NCBI GenBank assembly: GCA_027593235.1
Contig: JAQCIU010000015.1
Location: 1 to 64,000, forward strand
Length of the DNA: 64,000 nucleotides
Direction of reading: 5' to 3'
DNA from: Chloroflexota bacterium
Lineage (GTDB): Bacteria > Chloroflexota > Dehalococcoidia > UBA2979
Under the pieces are notes generated by a model. The model saw only the letters and a program-made list of their open reading frames with translations, ran no database searches and had not been told where the DNA came from. Positions 1 to 9,864 of the stretch are shown in pieces (the stretch's first letter is position 1; every line of letters begins with the position of its first letter). Position numbers and translations under genes: made by a program.

Positions 1-53
1 CGTGAAGCTGGTGCATCCCAGCGAGTTCCACCGGTCTAGGGATGTGGTGGAGT

Positions 54-129
54 TGGTGGACCTGAGGGGGCTCGAACCCCTGACCTCCACACTGCCAGTG
101 TGGCGCTCTACCAGCTGAGCTACAGGCCC
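54..129 (-). tRNA. tRNA-Ala (anticodon GGC)
   Basis: Reverse complement GGGCCTGTAGCTCAGCTGGTAGAGCGCCACACTGGCAGTGTGGAGGTCAGGGGTTCGAGCCCCCTCAGGTCCACCA: 76 nt cloverleaf, TTCGA T-loop, G3:U70 alanine identity pair, encoded CCA. Confidence 0.97.
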
Positions 130-210
130 GCGAGGAAAGAGTGTAGGCACCCCCTTCGGGGGCGGTCTAGCGGGGTGCCCCGCAGTGGGCGTTTCGTGCG
201 TGGTGGCGCG

Positions 211-570
211 CTACGCCTGGACGATGCCGACGTTCAGTTCGCGATCGGGCGTTGAGACGATTGCGAGGTGGGCGCCCTGGGGGTTCGGCTGGCGGATCGA
301 CATGACAACGTGGCCACCGAGTTCCTCCGCGCGGGCGACGGTGGCACGGAGATCGTCGACGCGGAAGAAGAGCGTGACCTGCTGCCGGCCGTCGCGCAGT
401 TGCATCAGGGAGCCGGTGACATCGAAGTCCGCCGGGCCGCCGGCGTTGATTGGGATCGAGCCGCGTGCGTCCGGCTCGCTCGGTCGCCAGTCGAACAGTT
501 CATCGAGGAATGCGCGGGACGCAGCGGGGTCGCGAGTGGCGAGCTGGAAGAACACCAGTGGGCTTGGCAT
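211..570 (-). CDS. VOC/glyoxalase family protein
   Basis: VFFQLATRDPAASRAF..LFDW start and FFRVDDLRATVARAEELGG motif; GGAG RBS upstream. Confidence 0.8.
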   Translation of the reverse strand: MPSPLVFFQLATRDPAASRAFLDELFDWRPSEPDARGSIPINAGGPADFDVTGSLMQLRDGRQQVTLFFRVDDLRATVARAEELGGHVVMSIRQPNPQGAHLAIVSTPDRELNVGIVQA

Positions 571-573
571 CGG

Positions 574-1623
574 TCACTCCTTGGGTGCGTAGAGTTCCAT
601 CGTCATTTCGATCTCATCGAGGTCTGATCCCGGCCGCAGCGGTTGGCGGTGGCCGGAGGCGCGGTAGCCATACTGAGCGTAGATCGCGATCGCGCGCTCG
701 TTGGTTTCGGTGACATCGAGGGCGATGCGGGTGGCGCCGACGGAGACCGACCAGTCGGTGACGGCGTCCAACAGGCGGCGCAGCAGCCCCGCGCCGCGTG
801 CCGCCGGGGATACCCAGACACTCCCGAGGTGACGGGTCGCCGGATCGCCATCGGGCGTGCCGGCGCCGGCGAGGCCGAGCCAGCGATCGTGGCGGTCGAC
901 GGCGGCGAATACGGCGAGGTGGTCGCCGGTGGCGGCGGCAGCAACGCGATCGCTCCAGATCGTGGGGGGTAGCGCCGCGCTGTCCTCGAAGGTGGGCCCG
1001 AAGGCGTCGGGCGTGTCCTGGAGTGCGGCGAGGCGGGTGGCGCGCCAGACGGCGGATTCGTGCGGGCGGATGCGTCGGAGCGCGACATAACCGTCGAGCG
1101 GGCGGGTCATCTCGATCTCGGCGAGCGCGGGGTTGGAGGGGTGTGGCTGGCGCGCTCCGGTGGGAGCGAACGCCTGGCGGCGGTAGAGGCTGATCGCGCG
1201 CTCGTTGGTTTCCGTAACCCAGAGGTCGACGCGTTCGGCGTCGTGGACGGCGGACCAATCGAGGACGCTGGTGACGAGCCGGGCGGCGAGGCGCGTGCCG
1301 CGCCACTGGGGCGCGACCCACATGCTGATGAGCTCGCGAGTCCGAGGATCGGCGCCCGCCTCGGTGGGGCGATAGCCGCCGACGAGGCCGATCGGATCGC
1401 GGCCATCGTCGGCGAGGAAGATGGCGCTCTCCGCACCGGCTGCGCTGGCAGCGGCACGGGTGGTCCATTCCTCCGGGACGCGGCGACCCGTTTCCTCGTA
1501 GGTGGAGCCAAAGGCGGTGGGGGCCTCTTGCAGGGCGCGCAGGCGGACGCTGCGCCAGGCCTCGGCGTCGTCCGGGCGGATGCGGCGGATGGCCGGCTGC
1601 GCGAGCGACGGGAGGTCCTGCAT
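574..1623 (-). CDS. Tandem (two-domain) GNAT N-acetyltransferase
   Basis: Two repeats of RLxALQ..P.AFG.T.E...(M/V)WV.P..RG...L.VTETNERAI..Y; start re-assigned to MQDLP. Confidence 0.85.
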   Translation of the reverse strand: MQDLPSLAQPAIRRIRPDDAEAWRSVRLRALQEAPTAFGSTYEETGRRVPEEWTTRAAASAAGAESAIFLADDGRDPIGLVGGYRPTEAGADPRTRELISMWVAPQWRGTRLAARLVTSVLDWSAVHDAERVDLWVTETNERAISLYRRQAFAPTGARQPHPSNPALAEIEMTRPLDGYVALRRIRPHESAVWRATRLAALQDTPDAFGPTFEDSAALPPTIWSDRVAAAATGDHLAVFAAVDRHDRWLGLAGAGTPDGDPATRHLGSVWVSPAARGAGLLRRLLDAVTDWSVSVGATRIALDVTETNERAIAIYAQYGYRASGHRQPLRPGSDLDEIEMTMELYAPKE

Positions 1624-1660
1624 CAGGCGATCGTACGTCCGCGGCGGTTGTGCGCGCGGG

Positions 1661-2686
1661 CTAGCGGCGGGCGAGGGAACCGGCGTGTTTCGCCTCGAGT
1701 TGTCCGTGCTCAACCATCGAGGTGATCGTGTCGGCGAAGGTCCGGTCGAGTGAGTGCCAGGTGATGGCAAGCTCCTCGGCAGCGCGGCTGCTGTTAACGG
1801 CGACGAAGTCGAGCACGGACCTGATCGCCTCGGGGTTGAACGGCAGGCGTACCGGCAGGAGGCGTTGGAGCGGGCCAGTGGGCGCGACGAGGGCCCAGAC
1901 GAGGCCATCGGGCAGCGCGACGATGCGGATCCGACGCCCCGTGGCGCGGTTGAGGTGCGCTGCGAGATCGGTGAGGGCGAGGTGGTAGGGGGCGAGCGTG
2001 TAACGGCGCGGACCGAGGCCGACCTCGATGGTGTTCGCGAGCGCGGTGGCAACGTCGCGTACGTCCACGATGCCGATGGAACCACCGCGCGGGACCATGC
2101 GGAGCCGTCCGCGGAGGAAGTCGGAGGCGATGCGGTTGCTCTCGCCGAAGTGGGGATCATGCGGCCCCCAGACGAGCCCGGGCATGACGGAGACGACCGG
2201 GGCGCCGGCAGCCTGATGCTCCCGGGCGAGCGCCTCGGAGTCGGCCTTCGACTGGCCGTATACGCCCGACGGGCGGTCGGTCGGCGGCGTTTGCGGGCCG
2301 ACAGGGCCGTCCGACGGGATCAGGGCAGTGACCGAGGAGACGTGGACGATCGGATCGAGATCGAGCCTGCGGGCGGTTTCGGTCACGTGTTTGGTGCCGA
2401 CGACGTTCGTCTGCCGGATCGCGGCGACATCGCGCGTGTCCAACGAGAAGATCGAGGCAGCGTGGACGACGGCGTCGCACCCCTGAAGCAACGCTTCGAC
2501 ATCGATTGGGGAGGTGACATCACCGACGATGACGTCTTCGATCGCGTCGACACCGAGCGGCTCGAAGGCGGGACCAATCCGCGCCGGGTCCCGTACGAGC
2601 AGGCGCACCTCGTGGCCGGCGTTCAGCAGGGCCTCGACGGTATGACTGCCGACGAAGCCGGTTCCGCCCGTGACAGCGACTTTCAT
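1661..2686 (-). CDS. NAD-dependent epimerase/dehydratase (dihydroflavonol reductase-like extended SDR)
   Basis: VTGGTGFVG Rossmann motif, YGQSK catalytic YxxxK, VDVRDVA. Confidence 0.9.
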   Translation of the reverse strand: MKVAVTGGTGFVGSHTVEALLNAGHEVRLLVRDPARIGPAFEPLGVDAIEDVIVGDVTSPIDVEALLQGCDAVVHAASIFSLDTRDVAAIRQTNVVGTKHVTETARRLDLDPIVHVSSVTALIPSDGPVGPQTPPTDRPSGVYGQSKADSEALAREHQAAGAPVVSVMPGLVWGPHDPHFGESNRIASDFLRGRLRMVPRGGSIGIVDVRDVATALANTIEVGLGPRRYTLAPYHLALTDLAAHLNRATGRRIRIVALPDGLVWALVAPTGPLQRLLPVRLPFNPEAIRSVLDFVAVNSSRAAEELAITWHSLDRTFADTITSMVEHGQLEAKHAGSLARR

Positions 2687-2947
2687 CGGGCCTCGCATTC
2701 GTTCGTTTTGTGCACTGCGATCACCGGCACCGAGGATACGACAGCGAGCGGCTCAGCCACGCACCGCAGGGTCGCGTAGCGATGAGCGGTAGCCGATGAG
2801 ATGGGTCACCGCAGGCGGTTGGCAACAATTGCTGGTCGGAGGGCTGGTTGGCGGCCTGGCCGTTGAGCTGGCGCTGGCGGTGTTGGCGCCTGGCGGCGCA
2901 ATCGGACTCGCAGATATCGCGGGGTGGCTGCTGGCGGCGGGCGGCCG

Positions 2948-3385
2948 CTAGCGCTCCAGGAGGTTGCGCAGGCGGCGGTAGTCGCCGCGGACGCTGCGCT
3001 GCGCCATGCGCTTCATCAGCGGCGCGAGCAGACCGAGGACGCCGCCCGGCCCGCCCTCGATGAGCGCGGTCACGCCGCAGCGGGAGTCGCCGAGCGGTTC
3101 GACGGTGCGGGTGACCTTGATCGGGAAGGTGGATTCGACGGTCTCGATCGTGATCGAGCGGCCCGGATCGAACACCGTCACTACGAAGCTGGATTTGATC
3201 TGGCGGCCCATGAACGCTGCGATTTGTTCGTACGTACTGCCCACCGCGATCGGGGGATCCGAGGTGAAGCGGCACTGGCGCATGCCCGCTTGCCACGTGG
3301 TGTTCAGTTCCATGTTCGCGATGTAGTCGAACACGACGGCTGCGGGGCGGGCGATCTCGAGGTTGGCGGTCATCGTCATCGACAT
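2948..3385 (-). CDS. SRPBCC/polyketide cyclase family protein
   Basis: IARPAAVVFDYIA....W start and C-terminal helix typical of START-like fold. Confidence 0.85.
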   Translation of the reverse strand: MSMTMTANLEIARPAAVVFDYIANMELNTTWQAGMRQCRFTSDPPIAVGSTYEQIAAFMGRQIKSSFVVTVFDPGRSITIETVESTFPIKVTRTVEPLGDSRCGVTALIEGGPGGVLGLLAPLMKRMAQRSVRGDYRRLRNLLER

Positions 3386-3515
3386 GGCGCTCGTTCTCCG
3401 TTCGTGAATATAAGCGTCAACTTACCTATTTTACGATGGGGATGCCTACCCCACCTCGGACGGATCGCGGCGCTACAGTGCACGCGGCTGGGCGGGTTGG
3501 TGGGAGGGTCTGGAG

Positions 3516-4631
3516 ATGTACGACGCAATCGTCGTTGGCGCGCGGGTTGCGGGGTCGCCGACGGCGATGCTGCTGGCGCGGGCGGGGCATCGGGTGTTGC
3601 TGGTTGATCGCGACACTTTTCCTTCGGACACGCTCTCGACGCACCTGATCCGGATCGAGGGCGTGGCGTTGTTGTCGGAGTGGGGCGTCCTCGATCGGGT
3701 GATTGCCACCGGCGCGCCGCCGATCGGGCAGACGACAGCAGTGATCATGGGGCAGCAGAACGTGAACGTCTTCGAGTCGGTGGACGGGCGTCCGGGCCTG
3801 GAGCTGTGCCCTCGGCGCTGGGCGCTGGATACCGAGCTGGTACAAGCCGCACGCGAGGCGGGTGCCGAGGTACGCGAGGGGTTCTCCGTCAGCGGTCTGT
3901 CGCGCGACGCGGCGGGACGTGTGAACGGGGTGGTCGGGCGGGACGCCTCGGGAGCCACGGTGCACGAGGAGGCGACGGTGGTGATCGGCGCCGATGGGCG
4001 CCACTCGCGGGTGGCGCGTGAGCTGACACTCGAGGAGTACGAGACGGTGCCGCCGCTGATCTGCGGCTACTACACCTACTTCAGCAACTTGCCGCTCGAG
4101 GGCACGGAGTTCCGGATCGCGCCCGGCGCGGCCGTGATTGGGTTCCCAACAAACAACGGTCAGGTGTGCCTGGCGGTCGAACGCCCGGACGACGAGTTCG
4201 CCGAGATGCGCGGTGACATCGAGTCGTTCTACATGGCGGCGGTGGAAGCGGCGGCGCCCGATCTGTACGAGGCGGTGCGGGCGGCGACGCGAGAGGAACC
4301 GTTTCGCGGGGGCGGCGAGCAGCGTCAGTACTTCCGCAAGCCGTACGGCGACGGGTGGGTGTTGATCGGCGACGCGGGCCTGCATGTCGATCCGACGCTG
4401 GGTCTTGGGATCACCAAGGCGTTCACGGAAGCGGCGATGCTGGCACCGGCGTTGAGCGCGGTACTGAACGGCACGCTGGCGTTCGAAGAGGCGCTGGCCG
4501 GCTTCCAGCAGCAGCGCGACGCGGTCTGGATCCCGTTGTCGCGCGAGAACGTGGGCGCGTCGCAGGCGGTGACGTCAGGCCGCATGCCGCGGACGCCCTC
4601 CACGGGTGTGATGGGCACACCTTCGAGCTGA
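3516..4631 (+). CDS. FAD-dependent oxidoreductase (geranylgeranyl reductase/monooxygenase-like)
   Basis: YDAIVVGARVAG, IGADGRHS, LIGDAG..DP..G.G motifs. Confidence 0.88.
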   Translation: MYDAIVVGARVAGSPTAMLLARAGHRVLLVDRDTFPSDTLSTHLIRIEGVALLSEWGVLDRVIATGAPPIGQTTAVIMGQQNVNVFESVDGRPGLELCPRRWALDTELVQAAREAGAEVREGFSVSGLSRDAAGRVNGVVGRDASGATVHEEATVVIGADGRHSRVARELTLEEYETVPPLICGYYTYFSNLPLEGTEFRIAPGAAVIGFPTNNGQVCLAVERPDDEFAEMRGDIESFYMAAVEAAAPDLYEAVRAATREEPFRGGGEQRQYFRKPYGDGWVLIGDAGLHVDPTLGLGITKAFTEAAMLAPALSAVLNGTLAFEEALAGFQQQRDAVWIPLSRENVGASQAVTSGRMPRTPSTGVMGTPSS

Positions 4632-4675
4632 CCGCGCGGCGGGAACCGGGCGCCTGACGCGGGCGTCTGATCTGG

Positions 4676-5560
4676 ATGAAGACTTTCACACCTCGCCAAC
4701 TTCGCTGTGGCGCGATCGGTTTCGCCGGCATCGTGCTGGTGATCGCGCTCGCTGCCTGCAACTCCGACGCGGATGGCGCGACGCCGTCCGCAACGCCGGA
4801 TCCATCCGGTACACCGGGGGACGCCAGTCCCAGTCCAAGCGCCACGCCGGATGATTCCGCCGGCGATGTGCTGACCGGCGTGTTTCGGTTCGGTTTCGAG
4901 GAGTCCGGGTTCTTCCCGGACGCGATTTGCCCGGGTGACGGGCCGGTGTACTGGGTGACGTGGGATGCATTCGACCTGGGTGCGGCATTGGAGACCGCGA
5001 CCGGGGTCGCCCCCTTCTCGGGCGGGATGATCACGACGTATCGAGCGAGCCTCGAGAGTGGCCTGTCGGACCTCGGCAGCTACGGGCACCTCGGCGCGTA
5101 CGAACGGGAGCTAACGGTGACGGGACTGGTGTCGGCGGAGCTGGCGAGTGACTGCGACGACATTGGTGGCGGGCCGGTTGGGCCAGTCGACGCGGGTGCG
5201 GTGGCCGCATACGAGGCGGCACGCGCGCGCTGGGAGCGGAACGGGCTCACGTCGTACGAGTTCACGTTGCAGCGCAACTGCTTCTGCTTGCCGGAGTTCC
5301 GCGGGCCGTTCGCGATCACGGTCGTGGATGGCGAGGTCAGCGAGGCGCTGTACGAGGGCGGGCCGGCCGAGGACGGTACGGCGCTGACCGTGGCGCAGGT
5401 GTTCGACGAGATCCAGCAGGCGCTGAACCGCGGCGTGCTCACGGAGCTGAGCTACAACGCGGTCGACGGGCATCCGGAGACGGTGCGCCTCGATCTGTCG
5501 GCGATTGCCGCGGATGGCGGGCTCTCACTCGACCTGCTGGACCTGATGGCGATCAACTAG
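4676..5560 (+). CDS. Lipoprotein with C-terminal DUF6174-like domain
   Basis: LAAC lipobox, PT/S-rich linker, ARARW...Y.F...CFC motif. Confidence 0.7.
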   Translation: MKTFTPRQLRCGAIGFAGIVLVIALAACNSDADGATPSATPDPSGTPGDASPSPSATPDDSAGDVLTGVFRFGFEESGFFPDAICPGDGPVYWVTWDAFDLGAALETATGVAPFSGGMITTYRASLESGLSDLGSYGHLGAYERELTVTGLVSAELASDCDDIGGGPVGPVDAGAVAAYEAARARWERNGLTSYEFTLQRNCFCLPEFRGPFAITVVDGEVSEALYEGGPAEDGTALTVAQVFDEIQQALNRGVLTELSYNAVDGHPETVRLDLSAIAADGGLSLDLLDLMAIN

Positions 5561-5819
5561 CCCGCTGCTCCGACGTGGCGGCGAGTGCCGCCGGGCCCCG
5601 CCGGAGCGACCGTCCACCGCGCGTCACATCGGCGCTCGGAGGACGGTCTGTTTCAGCGGCGGGAGCAACCAACCCTCGTTTGATTCTCGCCTCATCCCTA
5701 TACTCCGGCCCGAGCGCGGTGGCGCGGTCCTCCGGTTGGAGGTCGACACGCCGGGCATTCACTCCGAACCAACCCGGCGCGCCGGGGGATGAAACGACCG
5801 TAATGAGGGGAGTTCGACG

Positions 5820-7016
5820 ATGGCGAATGGCGAGGGGCCTCTGGCCGGCTTGAAGGTGGTGGACCTGTCGCGGCTGGCGCCGGGGCCGTTCGCGTCGATG
5901 TTGCTGGCGGACCTTGGCGCTGACGTGATCCTGGTGGAGGCGCCGTCCGGGGCGATCCAGGGCATGGGCAGCGACGAGATGGACGAGGCAGCGGAGAAGC
6001 GGCGCGCCTACAACTCGCTGTCCCGCAACAAGCGGTCGATCATCGTCGACCTGCGGCAGGAGGAGGGACGCCAGATCGTCCACGACCTGGCGAAGGACGC
6101 GGACATCTTCCTGGAGGGCTTCCGGCCGGGCGTTACGGATCGCCTGGGCGTCGGTTACGAGGCGATCAGCAAGACCAACCCGAAGATCGTCTACGCCTCG
6201 CTGTCCGGTTACGGGCAGACCGGGCCGTACAACCACATGGTTGGGCACGACATCAACTACATCTCGGTGGGTGGCGCGCTGGGGCAGATCGGGCGGCCGG
6301 GGCAGAAGCCCTCGATTCCCGCGAACATCGTGGCGGACTTCGCCGGCGGCGGGTTGATGACGGCATTCTCGATCCTCGCGGCGTTGCAGGGCGTGCACAC
6401 GACCGGCAAGGGCCAGCACGTGGATATGGGGATGGCCGACGGCGTGCTGTACCTGCTCGCCAGCCAGACCGGCGGCGTGCTCGCCGGAGGCGAGTCGCCG
6501 GGACCGGGCGACGGGATGCTGACCGGCGCGCGGCCGTTCTACGACGCGTACGAGTGCGCTGACGGCAAGTACCTGTCCCTCGGCAGCCTGGAGCCACAGT
6601 TCTGGGCGGCGCTGTGCGAGACGCTGGGGCGATCGGACCTGCAGCCGCACCAGCAGAACCCCGACAAGCAGGCGGAGATCGGTGAGTTCCTCGGGACGAC
6701 GCTGAAGACGAAGAGCCGCGACGAGTGGTTCGCGATGATGAAGCCGATCGACATCTGCGTGGCGCCGGTGCTGAGCCTGGCTGAGTCGCTGGAGAACGAG
6801 CAGATGCTGGCGCGGCAGATGGTCGTCGAGGTCGAGGATCCGAAGCTCGGGATGATCAAGCATGTCGGCATCGGCCCGAAGTTCTCCGGGACGCCGGGCA
6901 AGGTGCACAGCACCGCGCCGCGGCGCGGACAGCACACGGACGAGGTACTGGCCTCGATCGGTCGGGACACCTCGGCGGTTGGCGCGCTGCGGGAGTCGGG
7001 TGTGGTCGGCGGGTAG
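5820..7016 (+). CDS. CaiB/BaiF family III CoA-transferase (alpha-methylacyl-CoA racemase-like)
   Basis: LAGLKVVDLSRLAPGP, RNKRSI, EGFRPGV, GHDINY, ADFAGGG. Confidence 0.92.
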   Translation: MANGEGPLAGLKVVDLSRLAPGPFASMLLADLGADVILVEAPSGAIQGMGSDEMDEAAEKRRAYNSLSRNKRSIIVDLRQEEGRQIVHDLAKDADIFLEGFRPGVTDRLGVGYEAISKTNPKIVYASLSGYGQTGPYNHMVGHDINYISVGGALGQIGRPGQKPSIPANIVADFAGGGLMTAFSILAALQGVHTTGKGQHVDMGMADGVLYLLASQTGGVLAGGESPGPGDGMLTGARPFYDAYECADGKYLSLGSLEPQFWAALCETLGRSDLQPHQQNPDKQAEIGEFLGTTLKTKSRDEWFAMMKPIDICVAPVLSLAESLENEQMLARQMVVEVEDPKLGMIKHVGIGPKFSGTPGKVHSTAPRRGQHTDEVLASIGRDTSAVGALRESGVVGG

Positions 7017-7039
7017 GGGGAGCGAGCGGGGCTGATCGA

Positions 7040-7067
7040 GTCGTTCCGCCGGTACCGGCGGAACGAC
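7040..7067. terminator. Perfect 28-bp palindrome between convergent genes
   Basis: GTCGTTCCGCCGGT|ACCGGCGGAACGAC; no clear U-tract. Confidence 0.55.
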
Positions 7068-7126
7068 CGCGCGAAGCTCAGCGCGTTGCCTGAAGACGGG
7101 GACGGGCTCGTTTCTCCGCGGTCCCG

Positions 7127-7609
7127 CTAGTCCAACTGCTGCCAGTAGGCGGTGAGCTGGGGTGCGAAGCCCTCCGACTCGAAGAACCGCTGCGCGCCCT
7201 CGTTGAAGGCCCAGGTCGACAGCTGGATGCGGTCCACACCACGCTGGCGTGCCTCGTCTCGCGCGCATGCGACGAGGGCGTGGGCGAGGCCGCGTCGGCG
7301 GTGGGCCGGATCGACGGCGATCTGGTCGATCTCGAGGTAGGTGCGCCGGTGGTGCAGCGGCGTCGGCTTTCGGTCGACGTACTTCGTCAGCACGTATCCG
7401 ACTGGGACGCCGTCATCGTCGCGTGCCGCGAAGGCGGAGGTCGCCGCGTCCTCGAGCGAGTCCCGGAAGAGTGTGGTCAGTTCGCCGAGGTCGGTTGCCC
7501 GGAAGAAGTTCGGGTGCGCATCGACGTGGGGGTCGTGGACGAACGCGTTCAGCCGGGCGAGGTGTTGCGCAGCTTGCGAGGTCGCTCGCGCGATGTTGAA
7601 GCCCTGCAT
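7127..7609 (-). CDS. GNAT N-acetyltransferase
   Basis: IDQIAVDPAHRRRGLA acetyl-CoA motif; WAFNEGAQRFFESEGF. Confidence 0.88.
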   Translation of the reverse strand: MQGFNIARATSQAAQHLARLNAFVHDPHVDAHPNFFRATDLGELTTLFRDSLEDAATSAFAARDDDGVPVGYVLTKYVDRKPTPLHHRRTYLEIDQIAVDPAHRRRGLAHALVACARDEARQRGVDRIQLSTWAFNEGAQRFFESEGFAPQLTAYWQQLD

Positions 7610-7804
7610 GCATGGAATTGTAGCGGGGAGATCCGACGTGGGAGCTGACGAATCGAGCTGGGGATCGAGATGCCCCCTGGACCGGCGGGGAGGTCGGTCC
7701 AGGGGGCGGGGCGGTCTGGTTCGGCTCAGTGGGAGCGGACGACACCTCGAACGCGATTCCAGCGCTGGGGAGATAACGCTGGAACCGACACTCGTGATGC
7801 AGGC

Positions 7805-8428
7805 CTATGAGCCGAGCACGACCTCGGAGTAGTTGAACGTGGTGACGGCTTCCCAGATTGATTCCGCGAGGAACGGTCCGGGAGCGATCTGGTTAGTGCT
7901 GGTGGCGAGGACGGACATCGCGAGCGCCCAGACGGCGAAGCCGGCGGCGTTTGCGATCAGGACGGGGCGCCCGGAGATCCCGGTGGCGCGCTCGATCGCG
8001 GCCTGTGTGGTGAGGGCCCAGGCGCCGACAGCGACGATGCCGATGCCGAACGAGATGCCCGGGATCACCATCAACAGACCGAGTGAGAGCGGGGCGGTTG
8101 CCATGCCAGCGGCGCGGACGAGGCGTTCCACGTTGATGACGGTGTCGGCGAGGCGCTGGAGGACGACGTAGACAACGACGAGCCAAGCGAGCCAGAGGGC
8201 GAGCGAGAAGAGCGAGCCGATGAAGACGCTCTTCAGCAGGACGGTACGGCTGTCACCGAGGCCGCTGGTGATCCACCACAGCCAGCCGCCGAGTCCCAGC
8301 AGGAACGTGGAGCCGCCGGCAACCGCGAGTGAAGGAAGCGTCGCTCGTGGGTCCGTTCCGACCTCGTCGAGGACCGAGAGGTCGAGGACACCCAGACGCC
8401 TGATACGGCGAGCAGTCAGAACAGCCAT
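7805..8428 (-). CDS. Multi-pass membrane protein (Yip1-like)
   Basis: About five hydrophobic segments; EVGTDPRAT motif; GGAGG RBS before MAVLT. Confidence 0.6.
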   Translation of the reverse strand: MAVLTARRIRRLGVLDLSVLDEVGTDPRATLPSLAVAGGSTFLLGLGGWLWWITSGLGDSRTVLLKSVFIGSLFSLALWLAWLVVVYVVLQRLADTVINVERLVRAAGMATAPLSLGLLMVIPGISFGIGIVAVGAWALTTQAAIERATGISGRPVLIANAAGFAVWALAMSVLATSTNQIAPGPFLAESIWEAVTTFNYSEVVLGS

Positions 8429-8597
8429 CGAGTGGCCTCCGAGATGCCCGCCAAGGATTCGGACGCGCCGGCTGCCCACCGACGAAGCGGAGTGTAGAGC
8501 ATTTCGGCAATTGGATCATCAGTTTGTACTAATGATCGTCGATAAAATTTGTAATAACGAGTCCGCACCCCGTGGATGCTGGGACTGTGGCGTCGCG

Positions 8598-9074
8598 CTA
8601 CGCGGTCAGCCCGAGTCCGGCACGGAGCTGATTGATGTGGGTCTGGTCGTGTTCGACCCAGTGCTCGGTCCAGGAACGCACGGTGAGCTGGCCGATCTCC
8701 GGGTGGTAGCCCCCGCGCTCCCATTCGGCCGGCTGGAGATGGCGGAGGATCGCGACCGACGCGAGGCGCTGGATGCGAAAGTCGCCCAGCAACTCCCCAA
8801 GGGCGTCGCGGCCAGTCCAGCGATTCGTTGCCCATCCGCGTTCGTCGAAGGGCATGAGGACGGGGCGTTCTTCGGCGAGCAGACGCTCGAGGCGCATGCG
8901 CATCGTGAGGAACTCATCGTCGCGGAGGTGGGCGAGGACGACGCGCGGCGACCACTCGTTCCCCCAGGCCTTGTCGAACAGCGCCTCGTCCGAGGCGGCG
9001 ACGAGCTCCTCGAGGATGCGCGGCGTGGCATCGAGGGTGGCGACGAGGTCGAGGTTCGGTTGGGCGGAGGTCAT
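8598..9074 (-). CDS. DinB family protein
   Basis: EWSPRVVLAHLRD and HDQTH metal-binding histidines. Confidence 0.88.
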   Translation of the reverse strand: MTSAQPNLDLVATLDATPRILEELVAASDEALFDKAWGNEWSPRVVLAHLRDDEFLTMRMRLERLLAEERPVLMPFDERGWATNRWTGRDALGELLGDFRIQRLASVAILRHLQPAEWERGGYHPEIGQLTVRSWTEHWVEHDQTHINQLRAGLGLTA

Positions 9075-9096
9075 CGGAGCAGTGTAGGCATCGCTA

Positions 9097-9768
9097 TCAG
9101 CGGGGCGAAACCAGTACGTGCGTCAGGATCACGCGGTCCTGGAAGCCGATGCGTTCGTAGACGCGGCGGGCGGTGGTGTTGGCTTCGACGACGTGGAGGA
9201 ATGGCGTCTCGTCACGCGCCCAGATCCGGCGCGCGATCTCCGCGGTGAGGGCGGCGGCGAGGCCACGGCCGCGGTGCTCCGGATCGGTGCAGACGGCGCT
9301 CACCTCGGTCATGCCGGGGAGGACGAGGCGTTCGCCGGCCATCGCGATCAGCCGCCCGCCCTCGCGGATCCCGATGAACTGGCCGAGCTGGTGGGTGCGC
9401 GCGGCGAACGGACCGGGACGTGTGGCGAGGGCGAGCGCGAGCATCTCCGGGGCGTCGTCGTCGGTCAGCTCAAGGAAGCGGATCTCCTCGAATGCCGGGG
9501 GCGGCGCGGCGCCGACCATCTGCACGACGGTGCCACGGTGTGCGATGGACCAGTCATCGGGGACCTCGGCACTGAGGCGGAGCATGTGGACCGCCTCGCC
9601 ATCGCGGATCAGTGGCCGCAGCGCGGCCCACGAGGCAGGCGACGCCTGATCCGGGAGCGCGGCGATCTGGTTCACCTCGGGGTGGTATCGCCGGGCCTCG
9701 GCGACCGTTTCGGCAAACGGGGATTGCCGCTCGAGGGAGTGCCAGGCGGGGTTATCGAGGAGTTCCAT
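9097..9768 (-). CDS. GNAT acetyltransferase, FR47-like
   Basis: LDNPAW start, PGPF, AMAGERL, EVSAVCTDPEHRGRGLA, PFLHV. Confidence 0.9.
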   Translation of the reverse strand: MELLDNPAWHSLERQSPFAETVAEARRYHPEVNQIAALPDQASPASWAALRPLIRDGEAVHMLRLSAEVPDDWSIAHRGTVVQMVGAAPPPAFEEIRFLELTDDDAPEMLALALATRPGPFAARTHQLGQFIGIREGGRLIAMAGERLVLPGMTEVSAVCTDPEHRGRGLAAALTAEIARRIWARDETPFLHVVEANTTARRVYERIGFQDRVILTHVLVSPR

Positions 9769-9864
9769 CGCCCGATGGTAGCGGCGGGGAGCGGTTCGGC
9801 GGGCGGTAGCGTCCTCGTAGAATGCCGCCGTCTGGGTGGGCGGACGTAGGTGGAGGGATGCGCG

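Noticed and set aside
54-129. tRNA-Ala as an integration site within this window
   Set aside because: No duplicate of its 3' end and no integrase seen; the GGTGGACCTG matches I noticed fall inside coding sequence
5561-5819. Riboswitch in the long leader of the CoA transferase
   Set aside because: A TATACT -10-like box is present but no recognisable aptamer consensus
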